Of a stretch of 64,000 nt of DNA, positions 1-9,990 are shown piece after piece. Both the position numbers and the translations under genes were made by a program. This DNA comes from Zancudomyces culisetae HAW-14-8 (Eukaryota > Fungi > Kickxellomycota), in the NCBI GenBank assembly GCA_052426225.1, contig JBNJNM010000021.1:2170001-2234000 (forward strand), read 5' to 3'. The notes below the pieces were generated by a model. It was not told where the DNA came from, searched no databases, and saw nothing but the letters and a program-made list of their open reading frames with translations. Every line of letters begins with the position of its first letter. The stretch's first letter is position 1.

Positions 1-1226
1 TATAATACTTTGAACCAAACTCACACTTGAAAACCGTAATTCATCGAATCCACACAAATTGGGTCTCAATACACCTACACATACACTCGAGATTGAACAC
101 AAATACCTTGCTGTTTTTTTCTGTGTCACTACCCTCTGGTATCCCATCTTTTTTCTATTCCTGGCCAAACCATTTTTTAACTGTATACTTGAAACATTCT
201 CTTCCGCACTTTCCCATTCCTAGTCTTTCTACTTCCCTTTACTACCGCCACTAACTGTCTCTTGCTTCTTCTTTACAATCGATTCAACACCTAGGCTCCT
301 AAAATTCTTCATAGTTATTCTATCAACCCCAAAATCCCATCAAAATATCGACCCATTTTCCCCTATCACCACTATGTTTTTGTCACATCCACCGTCTCTA
401 CCAACAGCGATACCTATTATATTCATTGTTAGCTCCTCAGCATTTAGACTGATTTCAAATTCTATTTTTTTACTTATTCTGCCATATTCAATTGCACTAG
501 GTTGTTTCTTTTCTCTGAAACTAAAAAAACCCCTCAAGCCCCCTTCTTTGAATTGGAAGACCTTCATTCATCCCAAGCGCCATTTTTTAAAAAATATTCT
601 GGATCGTGCTAAATCTCACTTGTTGCGCTCCCACTGCAGTATTGCCCTTAGCTCCTTATTCTTCGATTGACTTTAAATTGGTGTTGGACTGTTCATTAAG
701 GTTTGTGGTCGCCGTGAAATTTGCTTCCTCCGCCGTATTTACCAAAGTATCTTTTGAATTGATTCCCAACTTTACGATATTTCAAATATTTCCCTGTGCT
801 TACTTGCTCCAAGCAAACTTGAGTATCTCTCGAATAACCACTCAATCAGATTTAGGCCTAATATTACCTTTAGAACCAGTAAAAGATAATCGTCAATTAT
901 TCAAAATTCATCATTTATTGTCTGTACCAAATTCAGTTCATTACATTATACTCATACATGTTTATTTTTAAGAATCTGGAAGAAAAAGCAGGGAATTATA
1001 ATTGATTTTCAAAATTCGATATATTGTAAGGTATAGATAATTTTGGTTCGTTTTGTTCATGAAGAATAAATATTAACAAATTTTCAATTTGAGGATGATG
1101 AAGGTGGGAGATTGATAGTAAATTTATATTTATTCATTTGTATTCTTGAATATTAGAAAAAGCTAATCGAAGGAAATCTGTAACTTGATAAAAAAAAATA
1201 GCGTTAAAGAATAACAAACAGCAAAG

Positions 1227-1703
1227 TCATTCTGAGTTTATGGATAATAATTTTTTTGGCTCTGGTTTAGATTTATATCGCTTTCTCAGCTTATCGATAT
1301 CCAGAGCTCCCTTAGAATTTTTTAATTCGTATTCTAAAAGAATTTTATCAATCATATTACCCTGTTCCACTTGTAATTTTTTTTCCTCGAAGGCCAGTTT
1401 TTCTTTCTCTAAGGCTATTCGACCCTTTTCCTTCTTTTCCTCGAAGGCCAGTTTTTCTTTCTCTAATTCATAACTCCATTTCTCGCTAAAGAAGTTTTTG
1501 ATTTGTATGGATAAAATAATAAAGAGACCAAAATATTCGAACTTGGTAATGTTATTCAATACAAAGCTCTCCGTGATTATTTCAAGTAAAAAGTCTGTTT
1601 GTAGTATTAATTCCGGTCTGGCTAATATAATTAGGGAAATAATGTTTGTTAACCTCATTATCGTGGATGACGATGGTCTTTTTATACTTGAAGAGGTTGC
1701 CAT
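1227..1703 (-). CDS. Hypothetical protein with hydrophobic segments and a C-terminal coiled coil (duplicated LEKEKLAFEEKK)
   Basis: 158-aa ORF; 32-bp direct repeat at 1381-1412 and 1435-1466 encodes the duplicated coiled-coil unit; no family recognised. Confidence 0.4.
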   Translation of the reverse strand: MATSSSIKRPSSSTIMRLTNIISLIILARPELILQTDFLLEIITESFVLNNITKFEYFGLFIILSIQIKNFFSEKWSYELEKEKLAFEEKKEKGRIALEKEKLAFEEKKLQVEQGNMIDKILLEYELKNSKGALDIDKLRKRYKSKPEPKKLLSINSE

Positions 1704-2680
1704 ATTCGGTATCAGTGAAGTCTTTATTTCAATTCTAGATATACTCTATTCTTGTTTTTCCAAGTATCACAAACAAATTCGAATGGTATAATGTTCAATA
1801 TAATGGTCTTTATTACCATCTATACAAATGTTAATGATTCTTTGCTTAGAAATCAAGTCAATTCAACATCAATAAGTTATTCGGTATTTATATAATATAT
1901 TCATAAAGCAAAGAAAATCAACAACATCTATAAACATTTCAATAAACTCTTTGTGAGTTGGGTAAGAAAATGTGTTGTATCTGGTAAAAAAACGGATAGA
2001 ACATACTTTTGAAATGTGATGTTACAAAGGTAGAATAGTTTATGTTTTTCTGTAGTGCTACGAATTAGTGAAAATTTAGCATTAGTAAATTATTCATCAA
2101 AGACAGTTTCATTTTTTTGCTAATGTTAAAAGGAGTGGAAAGTAAAAGCGTACTTGATATTGACTTTACTTTTCAAACAGTGGTCTTAATTTCATATACC
2201 AATACTATAATTGTAAAAATGTTTCCTTGTTAAAAGATAAGTGATAGTAGTAATTGACTACAACTTTAAATTAATCAATAAATTGTGATTCTGTTTTCTT
2301 GAAAGTTAAATAAACAGTTTAGATGTAAAAGTCAATATGTTTTTTTTATTACAAAACATCTAACAAACAAATATCAAAAAATACTGATGAGTTCATTTCC
2401 TTTGTAATAACAAAACCTATTTTTGTCGAGATATTGAGGAAGGTTTAGCCCCTAAAAACCTATTTGCTCTTACAACTTTTTTTCTTTTCCCTTCACCTTT
2501 ATAATTGTTATTTTCTTAGAGACATTTACTTTGCATAAAGACAATTTGGTTGCTGTATCGTAACACAGCTCTTTATAGTAAATACCCCCCAAAAAACATA
2601 TATTTGCTATTGATCTAGAGTCAATCTACAAACATCCAATTACCAATATGAATAATTCCAAGTCAAAACAAATTGACTTT

Positions 2681-2992
2681 TGTCACGATTGACACTAGGT
2701 ACTATTGTTGCTTGAAAATATTTTATTTAGGATAAGATAATATTTTATCGCTAAGGATTTCATAGCGAAAAAATATTACTTTATATATTCAATAATATTA
2801 CTAATAAAAGCATGTACTAATATTATAATTAACTATTGTAAGATTAATGTTATAATTATAATTATGGTTTTGTGTTAGTATCATTACTTAAGTAAATAAT
2901 TAAAACAACAAAATGTTTCAATTAAAATGAGTGTTTTGAATCAGTATTGTAACAATACTAATTCAAAATCTTTTCATGTCATATTCATGACA
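2681..2992 (-). repeat. 3' LTR of element A
   Basis: Matches 19944-20255; preceded on the minus strand by a polypurine tract (about 2993-3006). Confidence 0.95.
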
Positions 2993-3012
2993 TTACTCCC
3001 TCTTAAGGCTAA

Positions 3013-4114
3013 TCAACGTGGTTTATTCGGATATAGTCTGTAAAATTGTTTAATTAATCCAGGAGCGTGTACATCTGTCGCATATTCCCAAGTTCTTTCT
3101 TCTGGAGGATAACCCTTCCAATCAATTAAATATTTTAATTTGCCGTGAACAGTTTTAGAATCTAAAATCTCTGATACTTCATATTCTATCTGATCATTAA
3201 CAATAACAGGTGGTGGAGGATCTTGTACACGATTAGAAAATGAGGTAGTTTTGTGTGGTTTCAACAGTGATATGTGAAATACAGGATGTATTCGCATACT
3301 TGGAGGTAAACGAAGTTTAACGGCAACTGGATTTATAATTTCCATAATCTCAAAAGGACCAATGTACTTATAATCCAACTTCCGACATGGTCTAGTAGAT
3401 TTAATATTTTGTTGTGATAACCAGACCTTTTTTCCTATTGTAAAGTCTTGTGAATCTTTTCTTTTAAGATCTGCAAATCTTTTATAATCATTTTTAGCCT
3501 TGCATAATTGAACAGTTAGCTCGGATTGAATATTTTTTAAATGCTTAATAAACTCTTCTGCTTGAGGAACTGGAGATTCAATTGTACTATCTAAAGTTAA
3601 GTTAGGATTATAACCATAATTGGAGTAGAAAGGGCTAACTTTGGAACTTGAATGTGTCGCATTGTTATATGCGAATTCAGCCAAAGGTAACAGTTGAACC
3701 CAGTTGTCCTGTTGAAAATTGATAAAACAGCGTAGATACTGTTCGAGGATTTGATTTACACGCTCAGTCTGCCCATCAGACTGAGGGTGGAATGCTGAAG
3801 TCATACTCAAAGATATTTTAAGTAGGCGTGTTAGTTCTTTCCAAAATTTTGAAACAAATTGTGTTCCACGATCTGAAACTATGTTCTGTGGCATCCCAAG
3901 AAGTTTAAATAAATGTTTAATAAATTTTTTGGCAGTTTCTAAGGCAGTTGGTGTAGATTTAATAGGTACGAAGTGTGCCATCTTAGTTAATCGATCTACT
4001 ACCACTAAGATGACAGTACAACCTTCTGAACAAGGTAAGTCAACTATAAAGTCCATTGAAACTGCTTCCCAAGGACGATTGGGTGTTTCTAATGGCATAA
4101 GTAGTCCAGCAGGT
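3013..4114 (-). CDS. pol: Element A pol, 3' segment: integrase core (D,D35E), GPY/F motif and chromodomain
   Basis: SMDFI, VSDRG, QTERVNQ, YIGPF, YEVSEILDSK...YLIDWKGY...TWE. Confidence 0.93.
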
Positions 4115-4254
4115 TGTCATGGCCAATCAGGTGACATCTAACCTCCCATAACATTTATTCTAATATTTACTTAGTATTTAATTAATAACATTTGCCTAGC
4201 TGTAATTCCTTAAGAATTACAACCTGTTTAACTAATAAAACTCGTTCTGTGACA
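4115..4254 (+). repeat. 5' LTR of element B (140 bp)
   Basis: TGTCA...TGACA, identical to 9851-9990. Confidence 0.96.
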
Positions 4255-4326
4255 TTTTGTAATTCTTATAACTCCTAGTTAATCAGTCTAGTTTAGTTAG
4301 AATTTAAATTAAATAATCTTAAGATT

Positions 4327-5238
4327 ATGGGTGAAACCGAGCCAAAAACACCCGAAATTGAAAAGTTTTCCGGAGCCGCGGAACAATTTGTTCCCTTCAT
4401 GGCTCAGATCCGCAGACAGTTTTGGGCAAAATCAGATGCTTTTCCTACAGAAAAGAAAAAGATTGCTTTCATCAGTGCTCACTTCTCAGGTCATGCCGCC
4501 ACTTGGTTTGACGATATCCTTGAATCCGAAGCCCAGCTCCCAGAAACCGCACCTAAACTCTTGTCCTCATATGAAGAGTTCATGAAAAGTTTCAAGCTCA
4601 GATTCTCAGATCCCGGCCACAAGTCACGTGCAGTTCAGCAGCTCCACCAACTCAAGCAAGGTACTCTTTCCGTTATGGCTTACGCAGTGGACTTTAGGAA
4701 CTTGGCCAGAATATGTGATTTTGGTGAAGCCGCCAATATTGACATATTTAGGCGAGGTCTAAGTAACAGGATTACCCGACATCTGATCGCTACCAAAATG
4801 CCAGAAAAGTTGGATGAAGTAATAACTCTAGTAGTTGAGTTGGAAAACACAATTAATTCCAACCTCAGCTATATGAACAGATCCGAGTTCAGAAGTCCAT
4901 ATCCAGCAGCAAACCCGCTTCCAAGACAGCCCAGACCATTTCAGCCAATGAACAAGCCGTTCCACAATTACCAGCAAAATCAGTTTCAGCAACACACGTA
5001 CCAGAACCAGAACTTCCAGCGCCAGCCAAGACAGTACCGTCCTCAGACCCCAGAACCAATGGATATTGATGCCGTTATCCCAAAGCCTAGAGGACCGTTA
5101 ACAGCCGAAGAGCGCCAGAGACGTATCCTCAATAGCCTTTGCATTTATTGTGGTCAACCCGGCCACATATTGAGAAATTGTCAGTTACGTGTCCCAAGAC
5201 CATCAGAACCAAATTTAAACGTCGAACCCCAGGAATAA
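4327..5238 (+). CDS. gag: Element B Gag (retrotransposon capsid domain, PMDID motif, CCHC zinc knuckle)
   Basis: LKQGTLSVMAYAVDF, PEPMDID, CIYCGQPGHILRNC. Confidence 0.95.
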   Translation: MGETEPKTPEIEKFSGAAEQFVPFMAQIRRQFWAKSDAFPTEKKKIAFISAHFSGHAATWFDDILESEAQLPETAPKLLSSYEEFMKSFKLRFSDPGHKSRAVQQLHQLKQGTLSVMAYAVDFRNLARICDFGEAANIDIFRRGLSNRITRHLIATKMPEKLDEVITLVVELENTINSNLSYMNRSEFRSPYPAANPLPRQPRPFQPMNKPFHNYQQNQFQQHTYQNQNFQRQPRQYRPQTPEPMDIDAVIPKPRGPLTAEERQRRILNSLCIYCGQPGHILRNCQLRVPRPSEPNLNVEPQE

Positions 5239-8200
5239 CCGGCAAGGTATTACTGGGGCTCACCTTACAGGGATTCCAAGCTAATAAATTTTTAATAAAG
5301 TTAATTTTAAATAACTTAATAACAGTTAATGCACTAATTGACTCTGGTGCTTCTGAAAATTTTATTAGTCTAAACCTCGTAAAGCAATTAGCCTTGCCCA
5401 TAGAAAATCTGAAAACCCCGATTCCCGTAGAAACTATTGATGGGAAACCACTCACAAATTCAGGTATCAATGCAGTAGTCCGGAACATCAAGCTCAGTAC
5501 CAAGGATAAATACCACTTCACCTCGGACCTATACGTGATACCCGCCACTCATGCCGAAATTGTATTAGGCCTTCCATGGTTACAAAAACATAACCCTGAT
5601 ATCAACTGGAAAAAGCTGACGATGGATACAAAAACCCACACTACTAAGCCTATAGCCGTAAACAATCTTAATATTGATCCGAACCGCAGAATTTCAAAAA
5701 ACGATATCAAAAAACTAAGTCAGCTGATGGATGATAAATTAGTATTAGATGAAGAAAATAAGGTTGACAGAATGAGCGTATCAGAATCAGATTACAGCAT
5801 GGACTCAGAAGATATAAGCCAAGATGATTCGGATGGCTATTCGGAAAATGATACATCTTCAGAGAGCGAATCCGAAGATGATCTCGGAAGATTCTATGAT
5901 ACTCAACCAGAAGCAATACATTGGCAAAATTTGAACCCAAGCAACGTATTACAGCAAATTACCGAAATAACCGCATCACTCAGGCAGCCACAAGTCCCAA
6001 TCCAACAGACAAACCATAATTTGGAAGCCTACCAGTCAGATGACAGCCATTTATCCGCATACCATTCTGATTCCGATTCCGAACGTTCATTGACTTCCAC
6101 CGTAACCTCACCTCAAATCCGTTATTACCACACTCGCGAGAGTATTTCACCTCGCCTGGGACGTCCCCCACCAATGGTAAATTTACCACCTCCAGTAACT
6201 TTTTACCCAAGTACACCTATTACTCCTGAGATTCTCAGTACTCCAGCTCCCAATATTTCAGCCCAACCAGATTTGACACCACCTGAACCTGTTTCTTCCG
6301 CATTTGACATAGGAATGCCACTTCTTACTATTCCGATTCAACCAAATAATTTTATAAAAAAGACAACAAAAAAACCAGTAAACAAAAAAACATTAAGGAC
6401 AAAAAATTTTAAACCAATCAGTCGCGTAATTTCTGAAATTCCACAGTTACAGCCAATCACGGAAAAACATTCAGCAAATAACAATCTCATTCCTGAAATC
6501 CCACCTGAACATGCCTCCCTAGCCAAGGTATTTGACCTATCCCTAGCCTCTAAACTCCCTCCTCGCAGATCATATGACTGCCAAATCGACATCAAAAAAG
6601 AATCTAAACCACCATGGGGCCCTATTTACCCATTATCTGAAAGGGAACTCCAGACTCTTCGTGACTACATTACTGAAAACTTAGCAAATGGATTCATCAG
6701 AAAGTCCAAATCCTCTGCTGGTGCTCCAATCATGTTCGTTAAGAAGAAATCTGGTGACCTCCGCCTTTGTGTAGACTATCGTAAGCTCAACGATATGACT
6801 ATGAAAAACAGATACCCTCTGCCCAGGATCGATGAAGCCTTTGATAGGCTTAGATCTGCCAAATATTTCACCAAACTAGATTTGAAAGGTGCTTATAATC
6901 TAGTCAGGATCAGGAAGGGGGACGAATGGAAGACCGCGTTCAGATGCCGCTATGGACATTTTGAATACAATGTCATGCCTTTTGGCTTGACAAATGCGCC
7001 CGCGACCTTCCAACATTTCATCAATGATGTTCTAAGAGATGTGCTTGATCGTTACGCCATCGCTTACCTTGATGACATTCTGATATTTTCCGACAATTTC
7101 CAGGACCACATCAGCCATGTAAACAAAGTTTTAGCAAAATTGTTAACAAATGGATTGTACTGCAACTTGGAAAAATGCGAATTCCATAAACAGGAAGTGG
7201 ATTTCTTAGGACACCGCGTGACTTCAAATGGAATCAGTACAGATCCAGCCAAGATTCAGTCAATCCACAAATGGAAGGTTCCAAAGGATTGCAAGGATAT
7301 CCAATCTGTCCTGGGATTTGCTAACTACTATAGGAAGTTCATCCCTGAGTATGCTCAAATCACGTTGCCGATGACAAATCTGCTGAAAAAAGACATCAAG
7401 TTCATTTGGGGTCCTGATCAGCAAAAGTCATATGACACCCTGAAAACCATGCTTACGACTTCACCCGTGTTACAGTATCCTGACCCCGGTAAGCAGTTCA
7501 TAGTTGAGACTGACGCATCAGACTATGCCATTGGTGCAATTCTGTCGCAAGCCGACGAGAAAGGTGACTTCCGCCCCTGTGCTTATTATTCCTACAAACT
7601 CAAGGCAGCCGAGCTTAATTATAATGTTTATGACAAGGAATTACTAGGAATAGTGAAGGCTCTTAAGGAATGGAGACACTACCTAGAAGGAGCTCAACAC
7701 CAGTTCATCGTTTTGACAGACCATAAAAACCTTGAAACCTTCAAGACTTCAAAGGTCCTCAATAGGCGACATGCAAGATGGTCATTGGAGTTCAGCCGTT
7801 ACGACTTTGTGATCACCTATAGGCCTGGAAAGCTTGGTGGAAAACCAGACATTTTATCACGTTACTTGGATCATGACCGCGCCTTACAAGACAAAACAAT
7901 ACTCCCAGCCTCAGTTTTTATCGACAGTCTAATAACCACCAATCCGTTTCTCCTAGATGATCTCGTCCTACAAACACAAAATGAGCGAATAGAATTAACT
8001 AAAAGGGCAGAAACAGAAGCAGCTAAAAAACATCTCGCTGTAGGATCAACACCAGACAATCTCATTACTCTTGGAAATTTAGTCATTGTGCCTAAAGCAT
8101 CAGTGTTTAAAGTGATCAGTTCAAGGCATGATAGCAAGTTGACAGGCCACTATGGATACAAAAAGACAGTAGAACTACTGAAAAGAGACTTCTGGTTCCC

Positions 8201-9374
8201 ACATATGCATCGTTCAGTCAAGGAATTCATCGCAGGTTGCGACAGATGCAACCGATCCAAGACATCAAGGAAGAAAAAACAAGGACTTCTTCAGCCATTA
8301 CCCGCTCCTGATTCGCCATGGAAATCTATTTCAATGGATTTCATCACAGATTTGCCCCTTTCAAAAGGGAATACTACAATTTTAGTGGTTGTAGATCGGT
8401 TCAGTAAAATGAGCCATTTTATACCACTAAAGAAACTGCCTTCATCTATGGAAACTTCTGAAATCATCCTCAATAACATCATCAGACTCCACGGTTTACC
8501 TGAAGAGATCATCTCTGATCGAGGCTCTCAGTTTGCATCAAAGTTTTGGAAAGCTCTTTTCAACACTTTAGGTGTCAAAATTAAGCTCTCAACAGCGTTC
8601 CATCCTGAAACTGATGGACAGACCGAAAGAGTCAATCAGACTCTGGAACAGTATCTCCGTTGTTTTTTGTCATATCAACAAGATAATTGGACAGATCTTC
8701 TACCATTGGCAGAATTTGCCTATAACAACTCTACTCACGAATCTACTGGATCATCCCCGTTCTTCATCAACTATGGATACCACCCACGCTTTGACCCACC
8801 ATTAATCAATAGCCATGTTATGCCTTTTGTGGAAGAAAGAATCAACCAAATCCATCATATTTGGAAAGAAACCAATAGGCAAATCACTCTCGCTTCTTCA
8901 GCATTCAAAAAATCTGCAGACAAGAAAAGAAGAAAAAACCCTGAATATACTATAGGTGAAAAAGTTTGGCTTCTAACAAAGAATATTCAGACTACTAGGC
9001 CTAGTAAAAAACTTGACTATAAGAAAATTGGACCATTCAAAATTAAAGAAAAGCTTAGTGATTTAGTTTACAAACTTGACCTCCCCGTCTCAATGAAAAT
9101 ACACCCAGTCTTTCATGTGTCACTATTGGATAAATTCTCACCTCCAGTGATTTCTGATCAACCAGCCACGCCGGAACCCGTTATTATCAACAATGAATTA
9201 GAGTATGAAATTGAGGAAATACTCGATTCAAAGCTTATAAGAAATAAACTTTATTACTTGATACATTGGAAGGGATACGATATAAATGAACGAACTTGGG
9301 AACCAAAAGAACATATATCTGCAAATCAACTCATAAAAGAATTCCATTCTCATTTCCCTTCAAAGCCAACATAA
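5214..9374 (+). CDS. pol: Element B Pol (protease-RT-RNase H-integrase-chromodomain), -1 frame relative to gag
   Basis: LIDSGA, YLDD, ETDASD, HHCC zinc-binding domain, DDE core, GPF, chromodomain; entered through slippery site TTTAAAC at 5214-5220. Confidence 0.95.
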   Translation, partial: FKRRTPGITGKVLLGLTLQGFQANKFLIKLILNNLITVNALIDSGASENFISLNLVKQLALPIENLKTPIPVETIDGKPLTNSGINAVVRNIKLSTKDKYHFTSDLYVIPATHAEIVLGLPWLQKHNPDINWKKLTMDTKTHTTKPIAVNNLNIDPNRRISKNDIKKLSQLMDDKLVLDEENKVDRMSVSESDYSMDSEDISQDDSDGYSENDTSSESESEDDLGRFYDTQPEAIHWQNLNPSNVLQQITEITASLRQPQVPIQQTNHNLEAYQSDDSHLSAYHSDSDSERSLTSTVTSPQIRYYHTRESISPRLGRPPPMVNLPPPVTFYPSTPITPEILSTPAPNISAQPDLTPPEPVSSAFDIGMPLLTIPIQPNNFIKKTTKKPVNKKTLRTKNFKPISRVISEIPQLQPITEKHSANNNLIPEIPPEHASLAKVFDLSLASKLPPRRSYDCQIDIKKESKPPWGPIYPLSERELQTLRDYITENLANGFIRKSKSSAGAPIMFVKKKSGDLRLCVDYRKLNDMTMKNRYPLPRIDEAFDRLRSAKYFTKLDLKGAYNLVRIRKGDEWKTAFRCRYGHFEYNVMPFGLTNAPATFQHFINDVLRDVLDRYAIAYLDDILIFSDNFQDHISHVNKVLAKLLTNGLYCNLEKCEFHKQEVDFLGHRVTSNGISTDPAKIQSIHKWKVPKDCKDIQSVLGFANYYRKFIPEYAQITLPMTNLLKKDIKFIWGPDQQKSYDTLKTMLTTSPVLQYPDPGKQFIVETDASDYAIGAILSQADEKGDFRPCAYYSYKLKAAELNYNVYDKELLGIVKALKEWRHYLEGAQHQFIVLTDHKNLETFKTSKVLNRRHARWSLEFSRYDFVITYRPGKLGGKPDILSRYLDHDRALQDKTILPASVFIDSLITTNPFLLDDLVLQTQNERIELTKRAETEAAKKHLAVGSTPDNLITLGNLVIVPKASVFKVISSRHDSKLTGHYGYKKTVELLKRDFWFPHMHRSVKEFIAGCDRCNRSKTSRKKKQGLLQPLPAPDSPWKSISMDFITDLPLSKGNTTILVVVDRFSKMSHFIPLKKLPSSMETSEIILNNIIRLHGLPEEIISDRGSQFASKFWKALFNTLGVKIKLSTAFHPETDGQTERVNQTLEQYLRCFLSYQQDNWTDLLPLAEFAYNNSTHESTGSSPFFINYGYHPRFDPPLINSHVMPFVEERINQIHHIWKETNRQITLASSAFKKSADKKRRKNPEYTIGEKVWLLTKNIQTTRPSKKLDYKKIGPFKIKEKLSDLVYKLDLPVSMKIHPVFHVSLLDKFSPPVISDQPATPEPVIINNELEYEIEEILDSKLIRNKLYYLIHWKGYDINERTWEPKEHISANQLIKEFHSHFPSKPT

Positions 9375-9744
9375 CTATCAATTTTAAAAAAAAAAAAAAC
9401 AAAAAAAAAAAAAAAAACAAAAATTAAGAACAAAAATATAAGAAAAACATTGAACACTGAAATATATTTCATAAAAAAGTCAAAAAAAAACATCAACTTG
9501 AATAACAAAAATGGGATATAAAGTAACAATATATATATATAACATATATAAAAATAATATAAAAGTACTATTACCGATAAGGAACCGTCTTGGGCCATGT
9601 GAAACACAATTTGGGTTTTATCACCGTAGCGGTCATTTATTGGAGGAGCCAGATTGTAACTATGACACTGAAACCCACATACACCAATAAAATTCCTGCC
9701 GATGACTAAACCACTTCCCAATTACAATAATTAATTACACCGAG

Positions 9745-9818
9745 GATCGTACTCAACGGGATTCGAACCCGGGCCACTAGGGCAAAGTGCGAGAAGCCTA
9801 CGTCTAGGCCAAACACAA
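9745..9818 (-). ncRNA. tRNA-like / Pol III type-2 promoter unit in the 3' UTR of element B (antisense)
   Basis: Minus strand: A-box-like TGGCCTAGACGTAGG with D-stem GCCT/AGGC, and a B box GGTTCGAATCC in a T-arm-like stem CGGG/CCCG; acceptor and anticodon arms non-canonical. Confidence 0.5.
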
Positions 9819-9850
9819 TTACTTTTGTAATGGTTTTAAAAGGGGGATAA

Positions 9851-9990
9851 TGTCATGGCCAATCAGGTGACATCTAACCTCCCATAACATTTATTCTAAT
9901 ATTTACTTAGTATTTAATTAATAACATTTGCCTAGCTGTAATTCCTTAAGAATTACAACCTGTTTAACTAATAAAACTCGTTCTGTGACA
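9851..9990 (+). repeat. 3' LTR of element B
   Basis: Identical to 4115-4254. Confidence 0.96.

Larger units (their letters stand above)
4115..9990 (+). mobile_element. Ty3/Gypsy chromovirus LTR retrotransposon B, intact, nested in pol of A
   Basis: Identical 140-bp LTRs 4115-4254 and 9851-9990; 5-bp TSD CAGGT (4110-4114, 9991-9995); PPT AAAAGGGGGA at 9838-9847. Confidence 0.97.

Noticed and set aside
1-971. Short ORFs on both strands; possible decayed minus-strand coding remnant
   Set aside because: Many stops and no recognisable motif; cannot be assigned
9570-9720. Possible hammerhead ribozyme in the B 3' UTR
   Set aside because: No complete CUGANGA...GAAA core with matching stems on either strand
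9350-9721. 123-aa hydrophobic minus-strand ORF in element B (env-like or antisense gene?)
   Set aside because: The Phe/Ile/Tyr richness comes from translating the T-rich complement of an A-rich tract; non-ATG start and no env features
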